From: Lama glama
Taxonomy: Eukaryota
Direction: 5' to 3'
DNA length: 64,000 bases
NCBI GenBank assembly: GCA_028534125.1
Contig: CM052818.1
Location: 46,874,001 to 46,938,000 of the forward strand
The position numbers were made by a program, and so were the translations under genes. The notes under the pieces were generated by a model. The model was not told the DNA's origin and made no database searches. It worked only from the letters and a program-made list of their open reading frames with translations. Positions 1 through 12,068 of this stretch are shown piece after piece (the first letter of the stretch is position 1; the number at the start of each line of letters is the position of its first letter).

Positions 1-996
1 ACTCAGAGCAAGCTGTGTGGGGCGCGTTACATCCCAAGAGAAACCCTTCTACGTGTCTAATGTAAACACAGGCTCCTCTCAATTTCCTGTTCCTTGAGTG
101 CTGGACACTCCGCTCTGGGCTTTGCGTGGCCCTTTTCCCAACAGCTCTGTCAGGTCTCTGCTGTCACCTTCTCCAGCTTACAGGTGGGGCCAGACCCTTG
201 TCCCAGGTCTTACAGCCGAGACAGGGTGGAGCTGGGATTTGAACAGAGATCTCAGTGACATGTCCCTTTGAGTTACCAAGGTCCACCCCCGCTTGAATCC
301 TTCCTGATCTGCGGCCCCGGAGAGATGTGATTTTGCTGTGGTCGCTTCTCGCCCCGAGAACGTTACCCACATGCTGACCGTAGTGTCTCCTGGGTGGGAT
401 TCTCCTGGGACCCCCGGAGGACAGAGCTCTCCCGTCTGCTTTGCTGTCCGCCTCCGACATCTCCGAGTGCTGGGGCAAGACGGCAGGGCCTGCAGGTTCT
501 GCAGCAGCTGCTTCTGGTGCGGAAGCCTCAGAGTCCACGCGGTCCCCTGTCCTCCTTGGGGTCACGGGCACCCAGGCCAAGGCCGGGAGACGCACCACCC
601 TCGGTGTGAGGGGCGGAGAACTCCACCAGCCAACTGAAGGCCCGCCTGGGCAGCGTGTTCGGCTGGGGGTGGGGGTATGTTGCCCTGGAATGTTCTGTGT
701 GCTTAGAGAAAACACCTTTAAGAACCTTTAGCATATTTATTGCCCTCTCCATTATAACTCAACGTGTCACATTGCGTGAATTCATATTATGTGTGAGATA
801 CACAATTAGCTACATTGTACAATTGATGTCTTGGTTAATTTCCAGCCTTACAGCTTTCTTATCAGAGGTTCAGAGTTGAACTCGAATGAGTCAATGGAGC
901 TACGGGTTAGCGTAAGGCTGGGGCGGGGGCACGTGGAGGCTACTGTTGGAAAGAATCATAGGTGCGCGCTGACATCAACTTTTAGCACTGGGACTA

Positions 997-1290
997 CAGC
1001 CAGCCTCCGTGTTCTTGGGTTCTGGATCAGTGGGTTCAATCAATCTCGGATGGAGAATATTCGAAGAAACAAATTCCAGACAGTTTCAACCAGCAAAACT
1101 TGAATTTGCTATGCCGGCAACCACTGACACAGCCTTCGCATCGTGTTAGGGTGATAAGCAATCTAGAGATGATTGGAAGGAGACAGGAGGATGTGCGTAG
1201 GTCGCGTGCAAGTACTGTAGTGTTTTATCTCAGGGACTTGAGCACGCGAGAATTTTGGAACCCTCCCCCAAGGACACGAGAGAATGGCTG
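997..1290 (-). mobile_element. MER2/MER2B-like TcMar-Tigger non-autonomous DNA transposon
   Basis: Begins CAGCCAGCCTCCGTG..., ends ...GAGAATGGCTG, flanked by TA on both sides (995-996, 1291-1292). Internal 'aatattcgaag...aattccaga...gcaaaacttgaatttgct...atctagagatgatt...ggaggatgtgcgtagg...agggacttgagca' matches the recalled MER2B consensus (reverse strand). Confidence 0.85.
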
Positions 1291-1924
1291 TATTTTTGAG
1301 TGACTTGGCAAGTTCAGATGCAAAAGTCTGAAGGCATCTCAGGCTGGGAGGCTGGTGGGCTGGTGAGAAGGGCCCGGAGCGCTGACCTGCGTCTCTCAGT
1401 GTAGCTTGGCGGGTGTCCCATGTGGGAAGTGAGGAAAGTCATGCTTCCCTGTTAAGGAAAAAAAAAAATGCAGCCATCTGCTAGGATGCTGAAGAGAGAC
1501 ACGGAGCAGTCATGATCTCAGCCAGGTAAGAGCCACTGTGCACAGGTCAGAGCGAGACAGTCGCAGGTGGGAGCCAGGTGACGGATCTGCAAACTTTGTG
1601 GAAGTTCCCAACTGCGCTGAGACCCGCTGGCTTCCGTCATCAGAGGACCGCCCTGGCAGCCTTGGTCTCAGGAGAGGAGGCAGAGGGTTAGGGCCAAAGG
1701 CTTCCCCTCTGGGTTCAGGCGCTGGCTTTGGTTTCCTCCCACGCTCTGTAGCTGAGCGAGGGTTCTGGAACCCCGGATCACTCAGGCACCCTGGGGGAAT
1801 GACAGAGACCCTGAGGCTCGTCCTGAGGTTTCAGGGGATGTCTGGAACCCCGCTGGACACTCCACATCTGGTGCCGGGTAACAGAGGAGCAGGGAAACAC
1901 AGGGAGTGCCCAGAGGCTGGCGTT

Positions 1925-2112
1925 AGATCTGCCTTCTCCTTCTAGCTCTGTGGCCCCAGACAAGTCATTGCACCTCTTAGAGCCTCAATGTTACCTTCTA
2001 TCCAACAGGGACAATCATATTTATTATGAGTGCAGGGAAGGGTAAACTAAATGAGATATTTATGTAAAGTGCCTGGCACACAGGAGGGATTTGATAAACA
2101 GAAAATACTATT
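1925..2112 (+). mobile_element. MIR SINE (degenerate)
   Basis: 'tagctctgtggccccagacaagtcattgcacctcttagagcctcaat...taaatgagatatttatgtaaagtgcctggcaca' resembles the MIR core and 3' part. Confidence 0.7.
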
Positions 2113-3035
2113 AATGAAACGTAACAGTTTGGGAAAAGAGCTTTGGCTTCTTTAAGAGAGCTGTCTTGGAGAGATTTTTACAACCTACTGTACTGTGCTA
2201 AAGAGACAACTAAATTCCTGTTTACATATAAACCTAAACCCTCTTATTCTAACTGTGCCACCACCTTAAAAGACATACATTTATGCTTTCGGTTTTAGCT
2301 GTTCATATGTTTAGAAGCAGCGCACACTTCCAGAGTGATTATGCTAATGTACATAAGAGGTTTAACAACTGCACTGACTCCACTAACCATCTATTTGAAC
2401 CACATTGTGCAAATAAGCTGTTATCTTAAATAAGCTCCTAATATAACTCAGTAATCACTATAATGCTTTTTGGTGAAGTTGTGGTGTTATTACTGAATTT
2501 AGCCCTGAGTCTCAAATACTGAACCTTGGAGCAAACACCAGCAGTACCCAGTTGCTGAGTTCCTGGCCTGGAGGAGCTGGATGTGGCTGTCCTTGCAGCC
2601 GGGGTGGGGCAGCGGTGGTGGGCACCGTGCAAGGTCCTGGGGCCCGACGCCCGCAGCAGTCAGTGAGCCAGCGTGGACGGTTGCACCTGCCAGAGGTGAC
2701 ATCGCCTTATCAGGCACCTCACTGAGAGGAGGAAAAGGAGCTATAAACACTGCACAGCCTGCACATTCCGGCCACAGTGGAGCTGCGAGGCAGGCTCGGC
2801 CTGACTCACGAAGTGGAATGCAGACTGGGAAGGGTGACAGGCGGCGCCCTGGCCTCTCTGCGGGGCAGGCCCGCCTGCGCTGCCTCCTGGTACTTACAGG
2901 GCGAGTGGGAAGCTGGGGGCGGGTGGAGCTCTTTGACTGGCTGCAGGGGGAAACTCAGTTTATCCTCACATCTCATTAAAGAAATAGGAAAACAGAATAT
3001 CAAAGTGAAAATGGAGGATTTAAAAAATATAACAA

Positions 3036-3219
3036 CCCTTCCTTCTTCCTTCCTCCCTCCCTTCCTCCCTCCCTCCCTCCCTTCCTTCCTCCCTTCCTCC
3101 CTTCCTCCCTCCCTCCCTTCCTCCCTTCCTCCCTCCCTCCCTTCCTTCCTTCCTTCCTTCCTTCCTCCCTCCCTCCCTTCCTCCCTTCCTTCCTTCTTCT
3201 CTCCTTCCTTCCTTTCTTC
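3036..3219 (+). repeat. (CCTT)n/(CCCT)n polypyrimidine simple repeat
   Basis: About 184 bp consisting only of C and T, read directly. Confidence 0.97.
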
Positions 3220-4886
3220 TGTTAATTTTAATGGTTGGAAGCACTTATCCTAAAAGGAAATGGGAACCAAGCTGGGAGAACGCTAGGCATCAGGTAAAAC
3301 AGACTTTAAAGACAGCTTTGGAAGGGCTAGTTAGCCAGGTAGTCTGAAAGCAACCGTGACCTGCAGAGTTCGACGCTCTGGCCAGCACATTTCGGCGCAG
3401 CTGTCCTGCAGCGCAGGTCGCTGGACTTCCTGCCAGGGAGGAAGAAACGGTTTATCTGTTTGCCAGGGAAAGCATCCTGGCTCTGGAGTCGGCAGAGCCA
3501 GGTGAAGGGTAGCTGAGGCCGCTCACTTGCTCTCCCGGGCCTGGGTATTAGCGGAGACAGTGTACCCTGTAAGGCCGTGTGTTGATCACCTATTAAGTGA
3601 TGGCGCTCGGAGGCACCTTCTAAACGGCAAAGTGCTTTGCACGTTTAAGATGGGATTAGAGTACCTTCCAAGGCTGAAGGGAGAAGGCCTTGCTCATGCA
3701 GCCTGCTTGTCAGGACATATGGAGGAAACTAATACACACAGATTTAAACATACCTGTGTATTTACTGTTTACCCTGTGCCAGACCCCAGTGGAACCTTGC
3801 ACCAGCTCTGCATCACACTCATTTGCATAAGGGCTTGCTATAAACAATCTCGCTGTCACACACAAGGACACGGGGAGTGTCCTTTGTCAAGCGGAGAAAC
3901 TAGCGCGGGGAGAAGCTATGGCACCTGGCCCCAGTCCCTTGTTGAGATGCAGAAGGGCTCAAGAGCCAGGGGCCCGTCCACAAGGCCACATCCCTTCTCC
4001 CTCACCTGCGGCACCGGAGAGCTGCACATGTTTGTCTTCTCTTCTCTGATTTAATCCACAAACAACCCGGAGCCTAGCGATGGGGTTTCCGCGTCGTGAA
4101 CCACCATGGCCCCAGGATCTAGAACTTCGGGGCTTTTCCTTCTTCTAGAACACTGGGTGCCTCATGTGCCCTCGTCCCTGTCCCTTGCTTCTGGACCGAG
4201 GACAGAGGGAGTCAGCTGGACGTCTCTGAGCGGTGGTCCATCTGCAGCAGCGGTGCTTCTGCCGCCTCCAGCGCTCTGGAAGAGCTGCCTGTTCTCTTTC
4301 AGAACTCAGAAACAGAGAGAAGCCAATTGCGTTTGGTCTGGGGGTGGCCTTAGACGGAGGGCTTACTTCAGTGTCTCAGAGTAACCTGAGATTTAATTTA
4401 CATTATTGACCCAAAATGAAGCCTCCAAAGCACATACAAAGTGTGTCCTCAGGTGGCTTCCCTGTTGGCCGGGAACCTTCTTGAAACATTCCCGTGACCG
4501 GGCCCAGCAGCCCTCCTCGTGGCCCCGACGGGCTTACCAAGGCAGACGCCACACCTTCGGGTATTCACTTCTCCATTTTGCAGACCAGGGTATTCGGGCC
4601 TGGTGAGTCTTCAGTGACTTGCCAGAGGCCAGAGCTGATAACTGCATCTGATCCACAAGCCTTCTGTCTTCCATGGATTGGCTCTTCCATAAATGAGCAA
4701 GTGGGGCTTTATCCGGGATGGACTGTGGTTTCGGGGTGGTGGGGAGCTCGGTCTGCGGGATGGTGGGCGGGGCAGAGGCTGCGGGCCCAGGGGATAAGCA
4801 CTCCGCTTGGGCCTCTGACACGAATTTGCTCTGAGGGTGAGGAAAAGCCTCAGCTTTCTCATCTGGAAAGTGATGCTATGGAGGAT

Positions 4887-5261
4887 ATTACTGTCTGCAC
4901 TGTGTCCCCCAAATTCACAGGTTGAAGTCCTAACCCCCAGGACCTCAGGATGTGGCTGTATTTGGAGGAAGAATTTTTGAAGAACTGACTGAGCTAGAAT
5001 GAGGTCAGTGGGCCTAATCCAATCTGACCAGTGTCCTTACAAGAGGAGATTAGAACACGGACACATGCAGAGGGGTGACCACGCGAGAATACGGGGGAAG
5101 GCGGCCTCCTACGAGCCGAGAAGAGAGCTCTCAGGAGAAACCAGCTGTGCCGACACTGAGATCTCAGACTTCCAGCTTCTAGACGGTGAGGAGGTAAATC
5201 TCTGCTATTTAAGCCCCCTGCCTGTGGTGTTTGTCATGGCGAGCCTGAGACGCCAACCAGA
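4887..5261 (+). mobile_element. MLT1B-like MaLR solo LTR
   Basis: 'tgtgtcccccaaattcacaggttgaagtcctaacccccaggacctcaggatgtggctgtatttgga...cctaatccaatctgaccagtgtcctta...gacttccagcttctaga...tttaagcc...tgtggtgtttgtcatggc' follows the recalled MLT1B consensus end to end. Confidence 0.85.
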
Positions 5262-7000
5262 CGGAAAACACCAGTGCAGAGAAACGTCACTTCTTGCTGC
5301 TGGTGACTGTGGGCTCTTGAACTGTCCAGGCGTTGCGTTGGCTTGGATTTGAGCCAGTGAAGTTGGGTCTTGAGAGGTGTCTGGAGCATGAGGTCTGGGA
5401 ATTGGCACTTTCTGGTTCAAGGGCCCCATGGCCTCCAGGCTGCCCCTGGGGAGGAGCTCGCGTTGGTGGCTTTCTCTGCCCTGGGCATCCATGTTCCCAG
5501 CAGGTTTTGTCCAATGAACGGGGCAATGCGACAGGAGCAGAAGCACTGTGACTGCTTAAGTGGTGTTGAAAGAGCAGAGAGGAAAGTTGGGGAGGGTCTC
5601 ACTTCGGTGACCGGAGCGGAACGAGGCTACTCCCTGATTCCTCTCGGTGGGGCTGGAAGGAACTCGAGGTGTCATCTGGTCCAGGCTGCATTTCCCAGGT
5701 GGAAATTGCATCCCCAGAGGGAAAGCAACTTACCCAGGACAGGGCTGACTCGAGACCACCCACCTCCTGAGCATCACACGTGAGGCTTTCACTCGATGGT
5801 ACTCATCTGGAGAAAAGGAAAGGAGAAAAAGAGATTCTCTTCAGATTCAGAAATGCCTAATGCAGAGAAAACAAGACATTTAAACCCAAAAAATCTCCAA
5901 ATGAAATAGCTTGTCTGTTTAAGTTCATTCTGCACTGCATGTAGAAGTTATTAGAAATGGTTAAATGTTATCATCCGTTGTGTGAGGATAACCGTGAAGG
6001 TCAGGAAAAAAAAAAAAAAGAAAAAGAACTCAACATGCTTATCTTGACTCATCTGTAGTTTCTCTTCACTGCCAACATTGTTTATATTCTCTGGGAGCCG
6101 AGGCTCCAATCTCACGGGTACTTTCTTCAGGTGCATCAAGGTGATGGGGGGAGCAGGGTTGGATGTGCACCACTGCTTGCCATAGAAGGTGCTGGAACCC
6201 TCTGGTTTTGCTGAGCCCCTCCTCGACCAGGGGCCCTCAGCCTGGGCCTTTGCTCCTGCAGTCCTGTCTGTGGAGGGGACGTCAGCAAGGGGCTTGTTCT
6301 GTGGTTTGGAGGGAAATACAGCTGCTCACAGGCCAAGTGTATGGCACTTAACAGACCTGCATCACCCCTCAAACACCCTGGGCTTACCCTTAAGAGATTG
6401 TCTGATAAACGGGAGTGGTGACCCTTGTCAGATGGAAGCAAAAACTGAGAGATTGGAGGAGGGCGGCTGCCGAGATGCAACTAAGTTCAACCAGTCACCA
6501 CCTTGCTGATTGGGAGCCCACTGTGTGGGTTACAGCTATGGGTCTGCAGGGCTGCTCACCTCATGGGAGAGGAGATGGAGGGACAGAGGGGCTGGGGACC
6601 CACAAGCCCGGGGTCATCCAGCTGGGGGATGGGCTGAGCTGGGATTCACACTCAGACCTGCCCTGTGGCCAGGCTAAGCCCTCTTCATTTGACCACCTTG
6701 GCCCTTCTGCGGGTGTTTCCTGGTGCCTGTGACCTGTAGGCACTACGTCACTGGGACTTGGAGAGGAAGCTGACCTGACCCCAGACCTGGGGCCACTCAC
6801 AACCCCGCACCAGGAGAGCCCGCCGAGGGTGTGGGGCTGTTGGGAGGTAACATCAGGTACACACTTCTTTCAAATAATAAAGTGTACGTCTAAAGAAAGC
6901 AGTGCTTACTCATTGCTCCAAATTTAAAAATGCAAAAAGAGTAAAACGAAGGGAAGAAAAAGAAGCTATGTGTATTTTCACAATCAGAAGTTCACCGCTG

Positions 7001-7167
7001 GGGGAGGGTAGAGCTCAGTGGTAGAGCGCGTGCTTAGCATGCACGCGGTCCTGGCTTCCATCCTCAGTACCTCTGCTAAAACATACAAAATAAAAATGAA
7101 CAAAGCAAATTAAATAAATAAAAATAAACAAACCTAATTGCCTCCCCACCCAAAAAATTAAAAAAGA
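7001..7167 (+). mobile_element. tRNA-derived camelid SINE (vic-1-like)
   Basis: GGGGAGGGTAGAGCTCAGTGGTAGAGCGCGTGCTTAGCATGCAC head with A-box and an A-rich tail. 15-bp TSD agaagttcac(c/t)gctg at 6986-7000 and 7168-7182. Confidence 0.9.
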
Positions 7168-7429
7168 AGAAGTTCACTGCTGTCGCTCTTTGTTTTCATC
7201 TGTTTTTTTCCTACACAATAATTTTCTTTCTTACCTGGATGTGATTGTCCCTTGGTCGAAGGCCTCAGCAGACAGGATCTAAGTCCGTTTTATCCCTTCA
7301 CAGCCATGCAGTTGGTGTTCAATATATGGTTTTAAATAAACTTGTAGAATAATAATACACATTCAGTTTTGTAGTCTCCTCATGTAAAATTGTAATGTGT
7401 TTTCCCCACATTTTTACTGTCTTTTTCTA

Positions 7430-7700
7430 ACTAGCATCTTTTAATAAATGCACATAAAACTGTAGCTGAATTACTTCACCACTTCCCTGCTGCTGGGCAC
7501 TTAGGTGTTTTCCAGCTTTCCAGAATACAGTTTATCCTTAAATAATAAAGCAATGAACATCTTTGTACATGAAAGCTTTTTCCCCATAGTTCACTTAGAT
7601 GGATTCCCAGAAGGGGCTTAACATGTCAAAGCATATGAACATATTTATTCCAAACCCTTTGGGTACAGATGGTTACCAACACTTTTCACAGCCTTGTGCC
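7430..7700 (-). mobile_element. Old L1 (L1M-type) fragment
   Basis: 'gggcacttaggtgttttccag...gcaatgaacatctttgtacatg...ttcccagaagggg...gtcaaagcatatgaacat' is typical of antisense L1 ORF2 3' region. Confidence 0.6.
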
Positions 7701-7877
7701 ACTGGATTCTCCCACCAGCAGGACGAGGGGCTTTGGCAGACAGAACGTGAGACCTGGGATCCAACCATGGGGGCTGGAGTCCTGGCGTTGTCACCTACTT
7801 GCAGGTGACCTGACTTTCCTCGATTGCAAAGTGGAGGTGGTGGTGATGGGTGAGGATCAAATGAGAAGAGTCTGTAG

Positions 7878-8160
7878 GTCAGAGGGCCTCGTGACCACAG
7901 AAGGATGATCAGAAAGATGCAACATTGCTGACTTAGAAGATGGGAAAGGGATCCGAGAGGCCAGGAATGGAGTGGCCTCTAAAAGCCGGAAGATTCAAGG
8001 AATTGAATTTCCCCTTCAGTCTCCAGAAAGGAATGGAGCCCTGGAGATACCTTGATTTTAGCCCTGGGAGACTTATGTGGGACTTCTGAGCTCCAGAACT
8101 GTAAGTTAGAAAAGTGAGAAAAGTTTGTGGAAGTGCATTGCAGCCTGTGGGACGCATGTG
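7878..8160 (+). mobile_element. MLT1D-like MaLR LTR (3' part)
   Basis: 'gatgcaacattgctgacttagaagatgg...gccaggaatg...gcctctaaaagccggaa...ctccagaaaggaatggagccctg...accttgattttagccc...gacttctgagctccagaactgtaag'. Confidence 0.8.
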
Positions 8161-8251
8161 AGTTCTCTGGCAAAGGGACTTGCTGTCAGGTGAGCATCAA
8201 GCCTACAGCATCCTGGGACAGAGGGTAACAGATTCCCAGAGCTTAGGGACT

Positions 8252-8359
8252 CACCACCCCGGGACTCAGAGCACAGCACCCTGGGACTCAGAACACAGCA
8301 CCCCGGGACTCAGAACACAGCACCCTGGGGCTCAGGGGTGCAGTACCTGGGGCTCAGGA
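8252..8359 (+). repeat. 22-bp minisatellite, about 5 copies (CAGCACCCYGGGACTCAGAACA)
   Basis: Units start at 8252, 8274, 8296, 8318 and 8341; the last two are degenerate. Confidence 0.9.
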
Positions 8360-8964
8360 GATCAGTCCCAAGACCGCCGTGTTGTGTGTCCCTGCCCACC
8401 TCCTCAGCCTGGCTGAAATCTGAGCTGCGGCAGTGCTCGTGGCTCCGTCTCAGTTCGCTCACCCTCCTGAACACTGAGCTTACCCGTGACTTCCAATGCG
8501 CTGTTTGCTAAAGGCTCACGTAAAGAAGCACTTGGAAATGAGCTGTGTAATTTCTTTTTCTGGTTAGATATACTAAGGTCAAAACTACCCTAACAAATCA
8601 ATTCCCAAGGTGGCAGAGGCACAGGAAGAGCTGTGTTAGCTGGCTGGTGAGGACCTTGACTGTAGGGGGTGCAGCCCACAGAAGGTCAAGGGAAGGAGGG
8701 AATACACTTCTTCTGGGAACCTGTTTCACTTCACCCCGCTTCCTTCCCTCCTTATCCCCCCTCCTTTCGTTCTTTTGCTCGTTTATCCAAAGTCCACTCA
8801 TTGCCGAGAAGGCACTGATGTACGTACAGGGCTGTGCCGCTTTCAGGAAGCTCTGCTTTGAGGAGCTGGGGTTTTGGGGCCAAGTCATCCATCAACATTC
8901 CCGGAGGTCATGATTTACTTAGTCCAGGCCGGGCTCTGGAAACAGACTTGGGTCAGAGGGACAG

Positions 8965-9140
8965 GCTGACTACTTTTAAATGTCTGAAGGAAGATCAAAT
9001 TAAGAGAGATTAAAATAGTTACTGATGGGCTAAGAAGTTGAGCGGAGGTCAGAGGGTGGAAGGTTCACCATGGTGAAATTTAGCACAATAAAAATGAGAG
9101 GTCTTATTTACAATCAGATCACTAATAAATGTGGAGTAAA
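8965..9140 (+). mobile_element. L3/CR1 LINE 3' fragment
   Basis: 'tttaaatgtctgaagg...gagattaaaatagtt...gggtggaagg...aaatttagcacaataaaaatg...tacaatcaga' resembles the recalled L3 3' end. Confidence 0.55.
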
Positions 9141-9239
9141 GAATAGAGTGATGCTTGGGCCAGTTCCAGTCCTGACTGTGTCACATGTTAGCTTGAGACG
9201 TGGGACGCCTTCATTCTTCTGAGCCTCACTGATCTTATC

Positions 9240-9756
9240 TTTTTATGTTTTTTAATTGAAGTACAGTCAGTTACAATGTGTCAGTCTCTGGTGTACAGCA
9301 CAGTGTCCCAGTCATGCATATACATACATACATTCAAGTTTTCATATTCTTTTTCATTAAAGGTTATTACAAGATATTGAATATAGTTCCCTGTGCTACA
9401 CAGAAGAAACTTTTTTAAAAATCTATTTTTACACATAGTGGCTAACATTTGCAAATCTCAAATGCCCAAATTTATCCCTTCCCACCTCGTTCCCCCAGTA
9501 CCCATAAGATTGTTGGCTATTTCTGTGAGTCTGTTTCTGTGTGTAGATGAGTTCATTAATGTCCTCTTTCTTCTTCTTCTTTTTTAGACTCCACATATGA
9601 GTGATCTCATATGGTATTTTTCTTTCTCTTTCTGACTTACTTCACTTAGAATGACCATCTCTGGGTCCATCCATGTTGCTGCAAATGGCATTATCTTATT
9701 CTTTTTTATGGATGAGTAGTGTTCCACTGTATAAATATACCACAACTTCTTTATCT
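9240..9756 (-). mobile_element. Lineage-specific (artiodactyl/camelid) L1 3' end with ORF2 C-terminus, inserted in a MIR
   Basis: Minus-strand peptide IKKLWYIYTVEHYSSIKKNKIMPFAATWMDPEMVILSEVSQKEKEKYHM is the L1 ORF2 C-terminus. PolyT tail at left; MIR halves on both flanks. Confidence 0.92.
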
Positions 9757-12068
9757 TCACTGACATTACCTTAATAGGGACGTTACCATGACATATATAT
9801 AATTCAAGAGGCGGTCGTAAGGATTAAAGAGAATATACACTTTGAGGCACATAGACTCGCTGGTGTGTACTAGGAGCTTAGTACATAGTATTTCCTCCCC
9901 AGCGATGGGAAATGCCTAAGAACGGAGTGGCCTGCCTCCCGGGGTGGAACGTGGCATCACTGAAGAAACTGAAGGAGAAGTTAGATGGCCCCTTGTTGGG
10001 AGAGTGGAGAGGGAAGACTGGCACGTGGGGAATTTCCAAATCTGATGGTGCCTGGAGTCCGGCGGATGGGCCAGGCCTTTCCCAGGAAGAGGGAAGATTT
10101 CCAAACGGAGGAACAGCAGCCCCCTCGCCCATCTGCATCCTCACCGTGTTGAGGACTCAGCTAGAAATCCATCCAAGTTAAACTGAGGGCGTGTGGGCAC
10201 AGCGGTCGGAGCGGGGCCATTTCCTGTGGAGGATGGTCCTTGGTTAGGATCCTCCTGGGGGAGGAGACAGGCCCTGAGGAGCCCTGGCCATGACCTTCCA
10301 TCACAGCTGACGCCAAACCCTGAGAGCCAGGTCCCGCCCTGACACCAGCACCCCGGCATCCTGATCGGAGAGGAAGACCTATGTACGTGGAAAGGTCAAT
10401 TGACTTTTCAAGTGACTGAGCTGCATTAAGAAGACTGAAGTGGAATGACCTTGCACTAGGGTTGTTGGACGGCCCTAGGCACCTAGAACTGGGGGCCAGA
10501 AACCCAGGCAGGGAGCCCGATGGGTTGAAGGGGACTCCAGTGGCTCTTCGCTGCAGCGAGGAGTGCGTTTGAGAAGAGGCAGGAGACAGACGTCCGGTCC
10601 ACGTCGTGAGGCCTTCCCTGCCCAGCCCTTGTCCCTGGGCAGTGATTTCTCGACGGCGGGGCTGCCGGCTCCTCCTCCTCTACTTCCCGTGGTGTCTTGA
10701 CAAGGCGGGGCTCAGTACAAGTTGCGGCTTGAATTCTCCAGTGTGCTGGAGGAGGCATGAAAGGCAAGGAAGGGGCTGGGCTTTGGAAGGGAGGGATGGA
10801 AGGATAGAGGACACGGCGGAGGAGGATGCTTGCCTGTGAAGACAGGAAGGAGGGAGTCCAAGATGAGGCTGACTCTCTTCAGGCTGGGGTTGCTGGGTTC
10901 CTGGAGAGAGGCTGATGATCACAGGGAGGGGTCTGCCGACACAGATGGTGTGTATTCCTTGCTTCTGCTGACACTCAGGAGCCCCTGGGGGCACACTGGG
11001 CTGGCTGGGAACACTGACAACTTTGAACAGACGGCGACCATTGGAAGCCACGAGACGGTCCTCACAGTGACTGTTTGCCGGGTGCCAGCCATTCAGCAAG
11101 CAGTGTGCGGGGCTTCGTGTACACGATCTGTGCTTAAACCAGCACACAGGAAGGCAGGTCAGGACCCCCCACCCTGAGGAAACTGATGGAGCGAGAACGT
11201 GGATGGTTGGGGGTCAGCGAAGAGCTCGGGGACAGCACCCGAGCCATCCTGGTCCCTAGCCTGTCCCCAGCTGACGCATGGCGGGTCTGGAGAGCAATCT
11301 CCAGGTGGTGTGAGAGCCATTCCCTCTGTGGCTCCACCCCTCCCGCTGGCAGGGGACTCAGGCTAGAAGCTGGTCCCTGGGGAGGAGGGGCAGGCAGCTC
11401 TTGGTGCCCGGGGGGCGCCTCGCGGAGGGTGGAGGTGGATGCTGAGCGACGGCCCCCTGCAGAAATCCTCCAGGCATCAGAAGAGGAGGATTCGCGGGGC
11501 AGCTGCTGGTCACGAGTTCAGGGTTGTCTTCCTAGACTCAGTTACGACGGGTCTCCTACGTTTAGCATCCCTGGTCATTTTAGCCAAAGTTCCCAAATAG
11601 TAAACAAGATAAGACTGTCCCAGATTCTTCAGGTCCTCTTGGCCTCCTGCCTCTCCTCACTCTAGACCATTCTCCTTCCATCTGAGGGACGGGAAACATT
11701 AACGTCAGCATATGTGCAAGGCTAAGTGAGCCCTGAAGAGGAATAAAGGTAAGAGGCATGGACTTTGGTTTCTTTCTAGTTGATGCCGGATGAGGAAACT
11801 CTAGAAGGCATTTAAGCTGGACATTATGAGCGGGCGGGTTTTGAAAGTGTCGTGACCATGGGGAAGGGCTTTCCTGGAGGCAGGAACAGCATAAGCAGTG
11901 CACAGAGGCGGACTTGTGAGGGAGGGAGGGGGACCCTTACGGTGCATGAGAACTGTGTCAGCAGGTGAATCCGGAAAGGTGCCGACTCCTGGAAGGTCTG
12001 GAAGCAAGACAGGGGGACATGCACTTCATTCTCTGAACAAGGAGGAGCCACTGAAAGGTTCTGGTGGC

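Noticed and set aside
2777..3253. ORFs with LPSFLPPS / EGRKEG repeats
   Set aside because: Translations of the (CCTT)n simple repeat.
7001..7075. tRNA-like sequence (also at 28365-28436, 40453-40530, 53010-53085)
   Set aside because: These are SINE heads with A-rich tails and TSDs, not tRNA genes.
8252..8359. Possible CRISPR-like repeat array
   Set aside because: Head-to-tail units with no unique spacers, no cas genes, mammalian context.
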